Part shown: one piece after another, positions 1-13,032 of the stretch
Position numbering within the stretch: the first letter of the stretch is position 1
Layout of the letters: every line of letters starts with the position of its first letter
NCBI GenBank assembly: GCA_015680685.1
Contig: MNCI01001451.1
Span: forward strand, 613,228 to 677,227
Direction: 5' to 3'
From: Gnetum montanum
Lineage: Eukaryota > Plantae > Gnetophyta
Length of the DNA: 64,000 bases
The notes under the pieces: generated by a model
What the model saw: only the letters and a program-made list of their open reading frames with translations
Databases searched by the model: none
Told to the model about the DNA's origin: nothing
Program-made: the position numbers and the translations under genes

Positions 1-389
1 GCTGAAATCTTTACTCTAGCAAGCCATCTTGCAAGCAATCGTTCACAATCTTTTTACAAAGCTCTTCTCAAGACCTCAAGTATGTCTCCAAGTGAGAGCC
101 CAAGTGTGATCCCAATGTCTTCTCAAAAGTGTAATGTATGAGACCTCTTGTGATGATGATTATTCTTCCTCCTTGACCCCTGAAGCCTTTTTATAGGGTT
201 CAAAGGTAGGTAGGGAAGTTACATATTCAAAATATCTCACCTAACTTCTCTCCCAAGTAACTTGGCCAACCAATTAGAAGATTACTTGCCCAACAAGCTA
301 GGAGGAAGTTATGTATTTAGGGAGTTAGGAAGTTATACATAAAATTAGAAGAATTTTATGCTAACTTTCATATTTATATTAAATGTAAT

Positions 390-1143
390 NNNNNNNNNNN
401 NNNNNNNNNNNNNNNNNNNNNNNNNNNNNNNNNNNNNNNNNNNNNNNNNNNNNNNNNNNNNNNNNNNNNNNNNNNNNNNNNNNNNNNNNNNNNNNNNNNN
501 NNNNNNNNNNNNNNNNNNNNNNNNNNNNNNNNNNNNNNNNNNNNNNNNNNNNNNNNNNNNNNNNNNNNNNNNNNNNNNNNNNNNNNNNNNNNNNNNNNNN
601 NNNNNNNNNNNNNNNNNNNNNNNNNNNNNNNNNNNNNNNNNNNNNNNNNNNNNNNNNNNNNNNNNNNNNNNNNNNNNNNNNNNNNNNNNNNNNNNNNNNN
701 NNNNNNNNNNNNNNNNNNNNNNNNNNNNNNNNNNNNNNNNNNNNNNNNNNNNNNNNNNNNNNNNNNNNNNNNNNNNNNNNNNNNNNNNNNNNNNNNNNNN
801 NNNNNNNNNNNNNNNNNNNNNNNNNNNNNNNNNNNNNNNNNNNNNNNNNNNNNNNNNNNNNNNNNNNNNNNNNNNNNNNNNNNNNNNNNNNNNNNNNNNN
901 NNNNNNNNNNNNNNNNNNNNNNNNNNNNNNNNNNNNNNNNNNNNNNNNNNNNNNNNNNNNNNNNNNNNNNNNNNNNNNNNNNNNNNNNNNNNNNNNNNNN
1001 NNNNNNNNNNNNNNNNNNNNNNNNNNNNNNNNNNNNNNNNNNNNNNNNNNNNNNNNNNNNNNNNNNNNNNNNNNNNNNNNNNNNNNNNNNNNNNNNNNNN
1101 NNNNNNNNNNNNNNNNNNNNNNNNNNNNNNNNNNNNNNNNNNN
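390..1143. other. Assembly gap (N run)
   Basis: 754 consecutive N; the ORFs spanning it are artefacts. Confidence 0.99.
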
Positions 1144-1719
1144 GTGACCCCTTTCTCCATGTATTTTGCAAATGAGGGTTTCAAATTTTTTTTTAACAAT
1201 AGTATTCCTGCTTTAGCAAAGATGTCCGTTTGCGCCAGGGTGAATATCGTGGCGGGTGGTGTTAAACATTTTCTGTGGCATGCGTTTTCCAGGGAAAACG
1301 CAGTCTTCCTTTACCTTCACTGTTATTAACCTTATTTCCATGATCAGTAGGTATAGTATATGGTGGATGTTGGTCTTCCTTTCCTCTGCATAATCCCCAA
1401 AATGACAGAGGCATTGTTGGTTTTTATTTAATTAAATTTTTTGCTGCATTTCAAATGTTATCTTAAGTATAACCGGGTTTGACAACCGGGATCTGCAACT
1501 TAGTGCTTTTCACATGAATAACATACTTCCTTCCTTGCTATAGAACTAGCCTCTGATTTTTAATAAAGGAATAATTTGGCACCTTTATCTTATATCCAGA
1601 AGGCTTCAACATCAAATTCTTTACCATTGAATCAATCTTCTAAAAACACCCTCAACACTAAAGCTGTAATTTACTTGTAAATTTACAACCATAGATTCTT
1701 CTAATTTTTAATAAAATAC

Positions 1720-1985
1720 TTCAACTGTTCCATGGAATGGCCAAATGTGCCAACAGAAAGTAATGACAAAAGCACCATCACAACCAACATTAGCACTCAA
1801 TCAAGAAAGTGGACCTAGTCCTCAAGGCCATTCATGGACCCATGGACAAATTCTCATCCAACTAGGAATGGACTTTCTTGATCACTAAGGCCTATGACAA
1901 TGGAGCTTTCAAGCTTGCTAATCACAACAAAAATGAGTTTGTCAATCTAGTGAACCATTCGTACCTAAAGTTGTACTACACCTAG
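1720..1985 (+). pseudogene. pol: Ty3/gypsy (Tat-like) integrase C-terminus, GPY/F region, element B
   Basis: Translates KKVDLVLKAIHGPMDKFSSN*EWTFLITKAYDNGAFKLANHNKNEFVNLVNHSYLKLYYT*; stop TAG at 1983-1985. Confidence 0.85.
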
Positions 1986-2022
1986 CATGCAACATTGCAC
2001 ATTAACAAAGCAAGGTAAGCAT

Positions 2023-2270
2023 TCATCTACTGTGATGCTAAATTGGCATAGAGCTCATCTACTATGATGCTAAATTGGCATAGCTCATCCTCCATGATGC
2101 TACATTGGCACAACTTGTCCTTGGATCATGATGTTAAATTAGCACAACAACTCATTTGCTATAACGTTAAACTAGCATAGCACATTTTCCATGACACTAA
2201 ACTAGCAAAAAGTAGTTTGCTAGGACTATAAAATAGCACACCATGATCTACCAGGACCTTAAACTAGGTT
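2023..2270. repeat. Degenerate ~30-bp tandem repeat in the 3' region of element B
   Basis: About 7-8 units resembling catctactatgatgctaaattggcatagct. Confidence 0.7.
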
Positions 2271-2333
2271 TATGGTCAACCACGTGTAGTTCTACAAGCA
2301 AGCAAGAAAGAATACTTTTGACTCCCTTCACCC

Positions 2334-2363
2334 NNNNNNNNNNNNNNNNNNNNNNNNNNNNNN
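2334..2363. other. Assembly gap (30 N)
   Basis: N run. Confidence 0.99.
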
Positions 2364-2429
2364 CATTTTTCTTCACCATGCAAGCAGGGATACTGTAGTC
2401 CTAGAATGGAGCACCTACAACCAATGTAG

Positions 2430-3190
2430 GCTTTGGAGCACTTGTAGCATCATGGCCACCTTGCCATTGCTGATTTTTTGAGCTCTTACCATCAGTTTGG
2501 CCTTGAGAGCACTTGTAGCATCATGGCCTCCCACCATTTTGCTAATTTTTTTAGCTCTTGCCATTGGTTTGGCCTTTGAAGAACTTGAATTATCATGAGC
2601 CTCTATCATTTTGTTGATTTTTTGAGCTCTTGCCATTGGTTTGGCTTTTGAAGCATTTGCAACATCATGGCCCTCCTACCATTTTGCTACTTTTTTGAGC
2701 TCTTGCCATCGATTCAGCCTTTGGAGCACTTGTAGCATCATGGCCCCCTACCATTTTGCTAATTTTTTGAGCTCTTACCATTGGTTTGACCTTTGGAGAA
2801 CTTGCAGCGTCATGGCCCCCTTGCCATTTTGCTAGTTTTTTGAGCTCTTGCCATCGGGTGTGGCCTTTGGAGCATTTGCAACATCATGGCCACTTGCCAT
2901 TTTGTTGATTCTTTTAGCTCTTACCATTAGTTTGGCCTTTGGAGCACTTGTAGCATCATGGCCCCCTTTCCATTTTGTATATTTTTTGAGCTCTTTCCAT
3001 TGGTTCAGCCTTTTGAACACTTACAGTGTCATGGCCTCCAACATTTTGCTAATTTCTCAAGAACTTGTCACGGGCATAGCCTTTGGAGCATTTGCAGCAT
3101 CATCGCCCCCTAGCATTTTACTAGCTTGTTGAACACCTACAATTGGTGTAACCTTTGGAGCACTTGCAACATCATCACCCTAGCATTTTA
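2430..3190. repeat. ~72-bp tandem repeat, about 11 copies
   Basis: Anchor ttggagcacttgtagcatcatggcc recurs near 2434, 2504, 2576, 2648, 2721, 2793, 2867, 2939, 3012, 3083 and 3155. Confidence 0.92.
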
Positions 3191-4156
3191 TTTGCATTTC
3201 ATGTTTTTTGTGTTTTTCTTGACTTCTTGGAGTTGTGTTTATAGGATGAAATCCCAAGTCATCGTGCAAAAGCGCATCTTATCGTAGCAGTAAGTCACCA
3301 CATTGCTCTGATGTGCATGATTGGACTAACTATGCCTCCCAAGAGTGCACATCCCCATTACCCCACTATAGCCTACCTACATCCATCCCTATTCCCCAAT
3401 CCTCTTACATTCCCCCACGTAATCAATGATTAAAAACCCCTTTGATGCACATGTGTTGTGACTATATGGTACTTTCTTCAAGTCAAACTATATAACCTAA
3501 GGTAGACATAACATAAGTTGTCTTGTGAATGACCTTTGTTGGCTAGTCAAAGCCTAAGCAAATGTAACATAAGTCATCCCAAATAGGAGACACTTGTCCT
3601 ATAGATGTGATGCGGTTTCACAAGTATCAACCCAAAGCCCATCCAGTGGCATGTAGTCCACTTGGTGGAAAGCACCCTGAAGTTAGCACTTAGCAATGTG
3701 TAAAAACCAAAGTAGGTTCACCTTGCAGCAAAAACAAAAAGAAAGAAACAAAAAGAAAAAAAGAGAGAGAAAAAAGGAAAAAAACACATTCCCAAGTAAT
3801 CTAAAAGCACTACAATTTCAAAATCGATCCAGCCCTAAATCCACATTGGCTCTGTCATGAGCACTTAGATGAGAGGTCAACGTTTTCAAGGGCAAGCCAC
3901 ACTAGTGACATGGTCACCATCAACTGTGCTAACTCCACATACTACATCCTAATACCTTGTTTGCAAATTATCTATCTTTTTATCCCTATCACATTACCTA
4001 CACCTTTTACTCCCAACATACCATTATCCACAGCACTCTTGAGCATGACATAACGACATCTAGTTAGGTACAAAAGGGTGATATTAGTGCTAGGCCTATT
4101 GTGATGGTTTATCATTCTTTGTCAACATCACTCAGGCCACTCCTCTAGATGTCAAT

Positions 4157-4169
4157 AAAGAGGGGCCAA
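4157..4169 (+). promoter_or_regulatory. Polypurine tract of element B
   Basis: aaagaggggccaa lies immediately before the TG LTR start at 4170. Confidence 0.75.
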
Positions 4170-5853
4170 TGAGCCACCACCAAATTTGGGCCATGGTGTC
4201 TCAACTAGAAATTTTCCTAACTGTCAGCATGATGCCACTTTCTACAAATTTTTCTAAGTGTTGGGACTACGTTCTCCACTGTCCTAGAGCATAATCAACC
4301 CAATGGAGAGTGTAGTCAGCTCAAAACCATTTTTTGTAGATTTTCTAAGTGCTAAGACTACACTCTCCATTGTCCTAGAGCATAGTCAGCCTCATGGAGA
4401 GCATAGTCAACACAAAGGCTAGTTTTACAAAGCTTTTCTAGGTGTTAAACTAGTCGCTATAGAATTTTCTAAGTGCTAAGACTACGCTCTCCATTGTCCT
4501 AGAGAGTAGTCAACATGGAGGCCTAGTTTCTTGTATATTTTTCTAAGTATCATGACTACTCTCTCCATTGCCATGAAGAGTAGTCAAGTGTAGTCAATTG
4601 GAAGCTAATTTTTTGCAAGTTTTGGCAAGTGCTGGGACTATGCTTATCCCTAGTCAAGAGCATAGTTAGCCTTCCATGGAGAGCATAGTTAACACATAGC
4701 TAGTTTTTCCAAAATATTTTTTAAGTGTTGGACTACGCTCTTCCCCAGTCCAGAGTGTAGTCAAGCATAGTTAACTAGAATAGTCTCCAAAGGCCTTCAC
4801 ACTACAAGACCAGCACTTTGTTCAACTCCAACTCACCTCCAACAAGCACAGTTAGCAAAATGCATTTTTGTTGTATTCTGTTTTATCCCCAAATTGTAAC
4901 TATGCTTTACCCCCACTCAAGATAGTGGACAGCGTAGTCCCAGAGCATAGCCTTTGAAGTTGCATTTTTTTAAGTACATTGCAATTCTCTCAATGCATAA
5001 ACATGCACTTGGTAGCATAGTCATAGTCTTGTAGTCTTGTAGAGTTTGGCATAATAGAGTAGAGTACAACACCACTAGCCCTAGTGGAGAGCGTAGTTCC
5101 AATTGTCCTACTACTACATAGTAGTCTCTCCACATTTTGTGCAAAACCTAGCCCTATAAATACCCTTTCTCTCAGTGTTTTAGGATTTGAAAAAAATTTG
5201 AAGCATTGGCACATTTGGATTAGCAAGAAAGGCATTCCAATGAACTAGAGAGAGGCAAAGTTGTGAACCACCGTAGGACACCGTAGCCCACTGTACATCG
5301 AGGTGGACAACCTGGTAGGCATAGACACCATGGTAGAACATCAATCCTCATAGCCATACATCCTTAAGATTGTGACTACACTATCCACTATTCCTATTAG
5401 ACACGGTGTACCTTCTCATCCCTTTTAGAGTTAACTACACTCAACCCCATTTGGGGTGGTGTTCCATGCTCTCTTGCTTTCTTTCTATGCATTTTTAACA
5501 TTTTTACTTGCATTTTTCAGCATTTTACTTGCATTTTATGCTATATTAGCACATAACCATGCTTGGGTGGTGGTCCCAGCATGTTGACACCTTCGTTTCT
5601 CATTGAAACCTTTGACTACGCTCACCCTTGTTAACATCGTTGACACCGTGGGAACACTTAGCATTATTTTGCATTAGCATTGTAGTTAACTATACTACAC
5701 ACCCAGTTGCATTTGGTAAGTCCCTATTCAATTAACAAAACTACTTAGGGCATCCCATCTGCACCTCTAGTAGGCCCTCATGTAGAAGTAGGATCAAATT
5801 GTGTGCCAGTGAACCCCTTGGTGTTCCAGCCACTGATGTTTTTGATTGCTATA
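4170..5853 (+). mobile_element. 3' LTR of element B (~1.68 kb)
   Basis: Starts TGAGCCACCACCAAATTTGGG and ends gtttttgattgctaTA; end-to-end inverted homology with 51455-53175; internal gactacgctctcca/tggagagcgtagtc repeats at 4260-4780; TATA box ctataaata near 5154. Confidence 0.85.
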
Positions 5854-8800
5854 GCTATAAGGGGTCATGTTAGTTTCCATGAAATAGGTTATTCTATATG
5901 TCCATAGTGCATGGACAAGCTACTCATGCCACTTTTTCTTGCTATTATTAAGAATCTTATTGAGCAAGTTGATGATGATCTTGCTTCTTGCTTTTGCTTG
6001 TCCATTGGCTAGAGGGTGGTAAGATGATGAGAAAGAATGCTTAATGCCTAGTTTGTGATAGAAATCCTTGGCATCTTGTTTGCTAAATTGAGGTCCATTA
6101 TTCATAGCTATGATCATGGGTATGTTAAAATGAGCTACAATGTTAACTAGGATAAATTTGTAAACTTTTTTAGATGTGGTTTTCCTTAGGGAAATAGCCT
6201 CAACCCACTTGGTAGAGTATTTGGTTGCAGTGATGATGAAGCTATGTCCTATGGAAGACTAGACAGTATAGGTCCAATGATATCCAATCTCCATTGTTGA
6301 AATGACCATGTTATCTAGGTTATATGTAACTTAGTTGGTGATACATGTATCAAGTTGCTATATCATTGGCATGTATCACATCACTTAACCTTTGGAGATA
6401 GCCATTTTTCATATGGGGCCAATAGTAGCCTAACTGTCTAATCTTAGTGGTGATGGCTCTAGGTCCTATATGTCCTCTATAAAAACCTTCATGAACCTCC
6501 TCTGCGACTATTCTATTTTTGGTTTTACCTAAGCACTTTAGGTGTATGCCATCATAGGATTGTTGACATAATGTATTATCATCTATGATGACATATCACT
6601 TTGATCACTTGTGTATGGCATCCTTTTGAGCAATAGTCAGGCCTTTTGAGGATTCACCATGCATAAGGAAAAATTTTATATCATCATACCATTCCTTGGA
6701 AGGAGCAGTATGAATGATAGCCATAAAGGTATCCTTAGTGTCCTGTGTGATGGGAGTAGCATAGTCCATGATTAAGGTAGGTAACTTAATAAACACATTT
6801 GGTATCACACTAAGGGCTAATGTTGCAATTGCATTAGCTATAGCATTTTTTTTCTAGGTATGTGTTGGAGATTAACATCTATGAATTTTTGTAATAACTA
6901 CTTCCCTAAGTCATAGTAAGGTTTTAAGTGCTTAGCTTTACATGCATAGACTTCAATTACTTGGTTAACCATGATTTGTGAATTACATTTTATGGCTAGG
7001 CATCTAATTCCTAGGTCATGCTACCATTATTCCTCTAATCAAACTCTCATATTCTACTATGTTCTTGGTACATGAAAATCCAAAAATGATAGGCAAAGGA
7101 CTAGATCTCATTAGATGTGAATGTTATGATGGCAACAACACTAGCCCNGTGCGGGTTGAAGCTCCATCGAAGTTCATGACTACCTCATAACCCTCATGTA
7201 CTTGGCTAACTATGTTAATGTGTTCATCAAGAAATTCAGGATCTATGGCTACTTGGTCATCAATAGGTGAAACTATAAGTTGTACAGCTATAGCTTGACC
7301 TTTTGTTAAGGATCAAGAGATGTAATGGATGTTAAAATCCATGTTTATGGCTTTCCATTGGGCTATATAGTTACTTTCATAGATGTTGATCATTGTGACT
7401 CTAAGTATGTTGTCATTGTAAATTATGTTGATTTGGCTTTTGAAGATGTGGTGTCTCCATTTCTTCAAAGAGAAGATTTGCTAGACAATACTTTTGCACT
7501 TTAGTGTATCAAGTCTCATGGGCAACTAACACATGGCTAAGGTAGTATAAAGGTATTTCTGCTCCATCATCACATTTCTACTAGAGTAGAGAGGCAATGG
7601 ATGTATTAGAGATGGTGACATAAATGTAAGATGATTTACCCTCTTATGGAGGATAGAATATTAGTAGTTGTGTCAACTTTTACTTAAGGTTTTCAAAGGC
7701 CTCTTGGCACTGAGCCATTCACTCATAGTGAACTCTTTTCTTAAGCAAGTGTTGCATGGGCTGTAACTTATTCGTAATCCTAGTGATAAACCTATGAATA
7801 AACTATAATCTACCTTGTAATCCCCAAAGCTCTTTAAGGTTGGTAGTCACTGCTAATTTGGATATAGCCTTAACCTTATCAGGATCTATGTGTATCCCTA
7901 CTTTAGAGACTACAAAGCCAAGCATCTTATCGGTCTTAACATTGAAGACATACTTTTTAAGATTGAACCTAAGCTTGTATTTGAGGCATCATGTAAGCAT
8001 AAGATCTAGGTCATTAGCATGGTCATTGATCATCTTGGACTTCACGACTATGTCATCTACATAAACATTAAGTAAGCCTAGCATGTAATCTCTGAAGATA
8101 TAGGTCATGGCTCTCTGGTATGTCACTCTAACATTCTTAAGGCCAAAGGGCATCGTGGTATAACAAAACGTACCCCATGGGATCATAAAGGTTATGCTAA
8201 GTTGGTGCTATAGGTTGATCCTAATTTGGTTATATCCTAAGAATCCATCCATAAAGGACAACAAGCCATGTCCAGCTGTAGTATCGATAAGTTGATTAAT
8301 ACTAGGTAAAGGAAAGTTATCCTTGATAGTTGCTTTTTTTTAGATCTCAAAAATTAATGCAAACACATATACTTCCATTTTTCCTAGGGACCACCACTAT
8401 GTTGGATACCCATTCTACATAATTGAAAACCCTAATGAAACTTGCTTGGTAGAGCTTTGAGATTTCATCGTGAACTGTCAAGGCCAAATCAAGTCTAATA
8501 TTGTGCAATTTCTTCTTAACTGGTCTAATGGTAAGATCCACTATGATGTTGTGCTAGACTAGACATGGGTCTAGGCTTGACATATCTTCATATGACTAGG
8601 CAAATGCCTTTATGTTGTTCTATAAGACTTTGGTAATGTCTTGGATACATTGAGGCTCTAGTAAGGAACTTAGTTTAAGGGTTTTCTCCTTACCACTATG
8701 TGTTGTGATAGGAACCTCAACTAGAGAGTCTTTGGTTATGTCTCCTACTTCTAAGTCAAGGGTTTTGACTAGGTTTTCATGCCATTCTAGAGGTTTCTCT

Positions 8801-8935
8801 ATACAGGCTATGTGGTCTACAAGACTCTCAGGCTCAAGATCTAGGTAATTAGGGTTGACACATCATTTAATATCATTGTGAGGTCCATGTAGATACAAAG
8901 GCAAACTAATTTGCTCTTAGGTACTCATACTTTGA
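5854..8935 (-). pseudogene. pol: Degraded pol of element A (Ogre/Retand-type order RT-RH-aRH-INT); INT cut at 5854 by element B
   Basis: RT: WVSNIVVVPRKNGSICVCINF, PWGTFCYTTMPFGLKN, VYVDDIVV (about 7700-8600). aRH: MNFDGAS...NIVEYESLI (about 6820-7180). INT: NGPQF...SSSYHPLANGQAK (5900-6450). Many stops and frameshifts. Confidence 0.92.
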
Positions 8936-9779
8936 TCCTACATGTAAACCAAAAGCATATTAAGTGGAACCTAGGTAAAATTGAATAAATAATGTTAACA
9001 TGCCATAAAACACATGCAAATCTAATGCAATCAAGGCCATCTAAGGTCATCAGTGAGATAAGGTCAATTTGCAAAGTATAATAGAGGCAAACAAAGATCA
9101 AACCATGGAAAAAATAGGAATTAAGGCTATAAATGATCAATAAAGTTCATAATTTTTCTAGTTTTAGGCCTTAATGGCCCATGATGCTAGTTTATAGTCT
9201 TGGTTGACTATGATGCTAGTTTCAGGCCTTAGTAGGCCATGGTCATATGGTGTCAAATGATGGTCAAGGAAGGTCAAACCCCACTATTTGATAGCATTTA
9301 AAGATCAAAAAAAGGTAAACAAAGCTATAATAAGATAAACAATGAATATATAAGGTTGTATGAAGGCTATAGAAGGTCAACCAGGTCATCAAGGCAACAT
9401 AAGTCCTACAACAAGCTAAAACATTACATAGTAAGGCAAAAATCAAGTAGAATAGGCCATATATGATAAAATTTGGCTAATATAGATAACAATGGTTAGT
9501 TTTTGCTAGTTTTAGGTGTTAGAAGGTCATGTTTTAGGGAAACAAGGCTATTCAATGAGTTTAGACATCAATTAGGACTATTTGGATCAAAAAATCAAGT
9601 GTTTTGATGGTTCCATGTTGATGGACCCTTAGTGTGAAAACCAAGGAAAATAGGTTTTGGGATACTTAGAGATACAAAATCAAGGTTTCAAGACCTTCCC
9701 AAGGTAACACAAGATCAGATCCATCAGAATTGAGCACTCTAAAGGTCTATAAAGGCCAAAAAGCAAGTTCTAAAGCCTT

Positions 9780-11438
9780 CCCCCCTTATTTCCACATTGG
9801 CCACCATGGAAATGAGGGGATTTATCATGGAGAATCAAAATCAAAGCAAAAATAAGATCAAATATGGCAAAATAGGTAGCTGGAATCTAGATTTGGAACT
9901 TGCACATTTTTTGTCTTTGTTCTAAGGCAATTCGAGGTAAGTTTAAGTGTTGAGATGTGTCAAAATGGCTTTCCCCCTCATTTTCCATGCTAGAAACAAT
10001 ATACATAGGAAGAAAAATAGTGGGACACTTTTTTTATGAATTTAGACTAATTTAGAAACATTTTGACTAGGTTTCTAGGCCCCTAGGACTATAGAATTTA
10101 ATTTTGAAATTTTTCAATTGATTTTGGGCACATTTGAAGGTTGTTGAAGGGTACTTAAGGTCTTCTCCCCTGTTTCCATGCTAGGGAAGTTACTCAAACA
10201 TGGAAAAATGGGGGAAATGAGTTTTGAAGGTTGAAATAAGGTTAGACAAGAAAAATATTGAGGCTATGAGGTCTTGGGCATCTTCAATGTAGATCTTTGG
10301 CTTCTAGGAGTGTCATCTTGTTACCCGAAGTGGAAAAGTAGCTTCCTCCCCTTGTTTTAACATTGGAGAAGTTACTTTAGCATGGAATAAGGAATAATCT
10401 TAGATCTAGACCAATTTAGATGAAAATTAACCATACATGTCACCTTTTGGAGTTATCAGGGTCATGGGCTATGGACCCATGTCAAAATTAATAGTTTCGA
10501 GCATTCCTAAGTCATTTTTTTTATATTATCACATTTTTTCATGCTATGGATTGAGAGATAAATGTGGAAAACTATGGGAAACAACATTTTGGCCATCTAG
10601 GATTAGTCTTGTGAAGTTTAAGGGCTCGAATGGCTACTGCCAAGGTTCTAGAGTGCATAAAAGGTCATTTAATGTCATTCTGAGGCGTTTGGGAGCTCTA
10701 AAAAAGTTCCCCTTAAGTTTCCATGCTAGGGATACTATCCCCAACATGGAAAAATGGATCCTCAATGTGAAAGAACCATGCAACTTAGCTCTATGCCAAT
10801 TTTCACCTTAATCAACTACTCATGTTAGCCTATGGGGCTACCAAGGTCGAGGACTAGGGTTTGGTGTCAAATTTTGGTTATTTTTGATATTTCTAAGAAT
10901 TTTTTGGGCTTCCCCCATTTTTTCCACATTAGTACTAGGATGCTCAATATGGAAAACTAGGGGAAATAAAATTTTGACCTTTTGACATCAATTTCTTGTA
11001 GTTTAAAGGCTCCAAATGATGTTGGAAGGATCTTAGAGTGCATGCAAGTCTAGTTAATGTTGTTCTAATGTAGTTATGGATCTCAAATGGGTCTCTCCCT
11101 TAGTTTTCATGCTAAGCAGCATGAAGGAAAAACTTCCTAGTGTGGAGACACCATAAAACTTAGATCTAGCCTAGTTCTGACTTCAATTGACCATGCATGT
11201 TAGCCTTCAAGGCTATCGAGGTTGAAGAGTAGGGTTTGGAGTTAAAATTGATCAGTTTATAGGTTTTCCAAGTGGTTTTTGAGCTTTACCTTCTTTTTCC
11301 ACACTATGGATAGTATGCCCAACATTTGCATCACTTTTGATCATGCATGTAGGTTCTTGAGGTTGCTAGTGGTGATGGTCAATCCCTGATGTTCAAATTT
11401 TGCTATTTTGAAGGTTGATGAGTGGTTTTTGGGCTACC

Positions 11439-11481
<43 letters not shown>

Positions 11482-12600
11482 AGCNCAACATGAAAAATTA
11501 TGGGAAAATATTTTTTGCCCTTTATGGTCACTTTGGATCATGCATGTAGGCTTCCAGGATTGCTAGTGTCGACTGCTAACATTTGATGTTGAAATTTGGT
11601 TGTTTCAAGGGTCTCTAGGATATTTTTTAACTTCTCCTCCTTTTTCCATGTTTGGGATTCCATGCTCAGCAAGGAAAATTTTGGGGAAGGGAATTTTATC
11701 TTTTTATGATCAATCTAGCTATGCATGAGTGTTCGCAAGGTTGTTGGTGTTGGCCATCAATGCCTAAGGTTAAGAACTTGTTATTTTGGAGACTGTGAGG
11801 GGGTTTTTAGGCTTACCCCTTCCATCCATGCTAAGTATGAAAGGCTTAGCATGGAATAGGTCTCCCATAGTAAATAAAATTAGATCTAGGCCAAATTAAT
11901 AGCTGATCAACCATGCTTGTCAACCTCTAGGGTTGCCGATGTCAATGGTAAATGTTGGGTGTCAAGATTCAATAGTTTGGAGGCTTCTAAGTGTCTCATG
12001 CAATCTCCCCCCCTTTCATCCATGGTGGGAATGATGGCCCCAATATATACAAGAGGAGGATGGTAGTTTTGTGCCATATTTAACCACTTTTGGGACTTTT
12101 GGAAGCTTTTGGTAGGGTCTAGGGATCACTAGGCATCATGAAATGGCCATTAGATATACAATTTAGGTTATTTTTAGCTTCCCCGATCTATCCATGCTAA
12201 GGGTGAGAGGCTCAATATGGAAGAAGCTTTCCCCAATGTGAAAAACACTAAATCCTAGATTTTGGATAGTTTTGACTAGGTTTGGTAGGGTTCCAAGGTT
12301 GTCAAAGATGCTTACAATGGCTCTAGATCATGTTGGGTTCATTTTGGGGTTAAACATATGCTAGATGGGTGTTGGGGGGTAAGATTGGGTGTTATCCCCA
12401 TTCTTCCACACTAGGCACTACTACCCTAGCATGGAAACCCATGGTATCTAGCTTTGTTCATGTCTTACCCACTTTTGAAAACTTGGGTTGGAAAAGGTAG
12501 GTTTGGGATATCAAAAATAGCAAAATATTTGTAATTGTAAAATAATTGGCATGTTTCCATGTTGGGAATGCTATTCCTAGCATGGATGCATGGGGTTAAG
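9780..12600. repeat. Degenerate ~185-bp period array with a palindromic core
   Basis: TTTTCCATGCTAG-N(8-14)-CTAGCATGGAAA-like hairpins at about 9790, 9981, 10173, 10355, 10537, 10718, 10921, 11104, 11296, 11641, 11822, 12016, 12190, 12403 and 12554. Confidence 0.8.
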
Positions 12601-13032
12601 GTTTCCATAAGGTTTTAAGAGTCAAAATTGGCAAAAATCTCAGTATTGGTGCAAGTTTTGGTTAATAATGAAGGCACAAGGTGGGACCCACAATCTAGAA
12701 AATTTAAAAGTTTTGAAAAAATAAGTGGTACCAATGAGAATTAGCCTTTTTCCCCTTGTACTTTAGTACACTTGTAGTTATGGTGCACTGAATTGGAAAT
12801 TGGGGGTTTTAAGTTGTGTATTTAGGTTTTAGATGTGATATTATTAGCGAATCTCATAAGTTTTCATCACAATTTTCATTCTACATCAATAGTGCATTGG
12901 AGGAAAGCTCTAGCAAAGGTTCTTGTGGTAGCAACAAACATTTCTCAATGTGGAAGCCTCCTACCTTTCTCATAGCTAGCATTGATCACTCATCCTTCTC
13001 AGTTTTTAGCCATTCCCAACATTGAGCTTGCC

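Noticed and set aside
1-389. Probable LTR fragment (reverse TATA, aagtta repeats)
   Set aside because: No terminus or partner visible, so it cannot be assigned
345-1329. Three long ORFs of 265-323 aa
   Set aside because: They consist almost entirely of N-gap
1144-1700. Possible host gene exon (minus-strand AG/GT-like sites at about 1530-1665)
   Set aside because: All three frames contain stops and there is no recognisable product
9780-12600. CRISPR-like array (palindromic repeats with spacers)
   Set aside because: Repeats are degenerate, spacers are ~150 bp and mutually related, there are no cas genes, and the context is a plant retroelement
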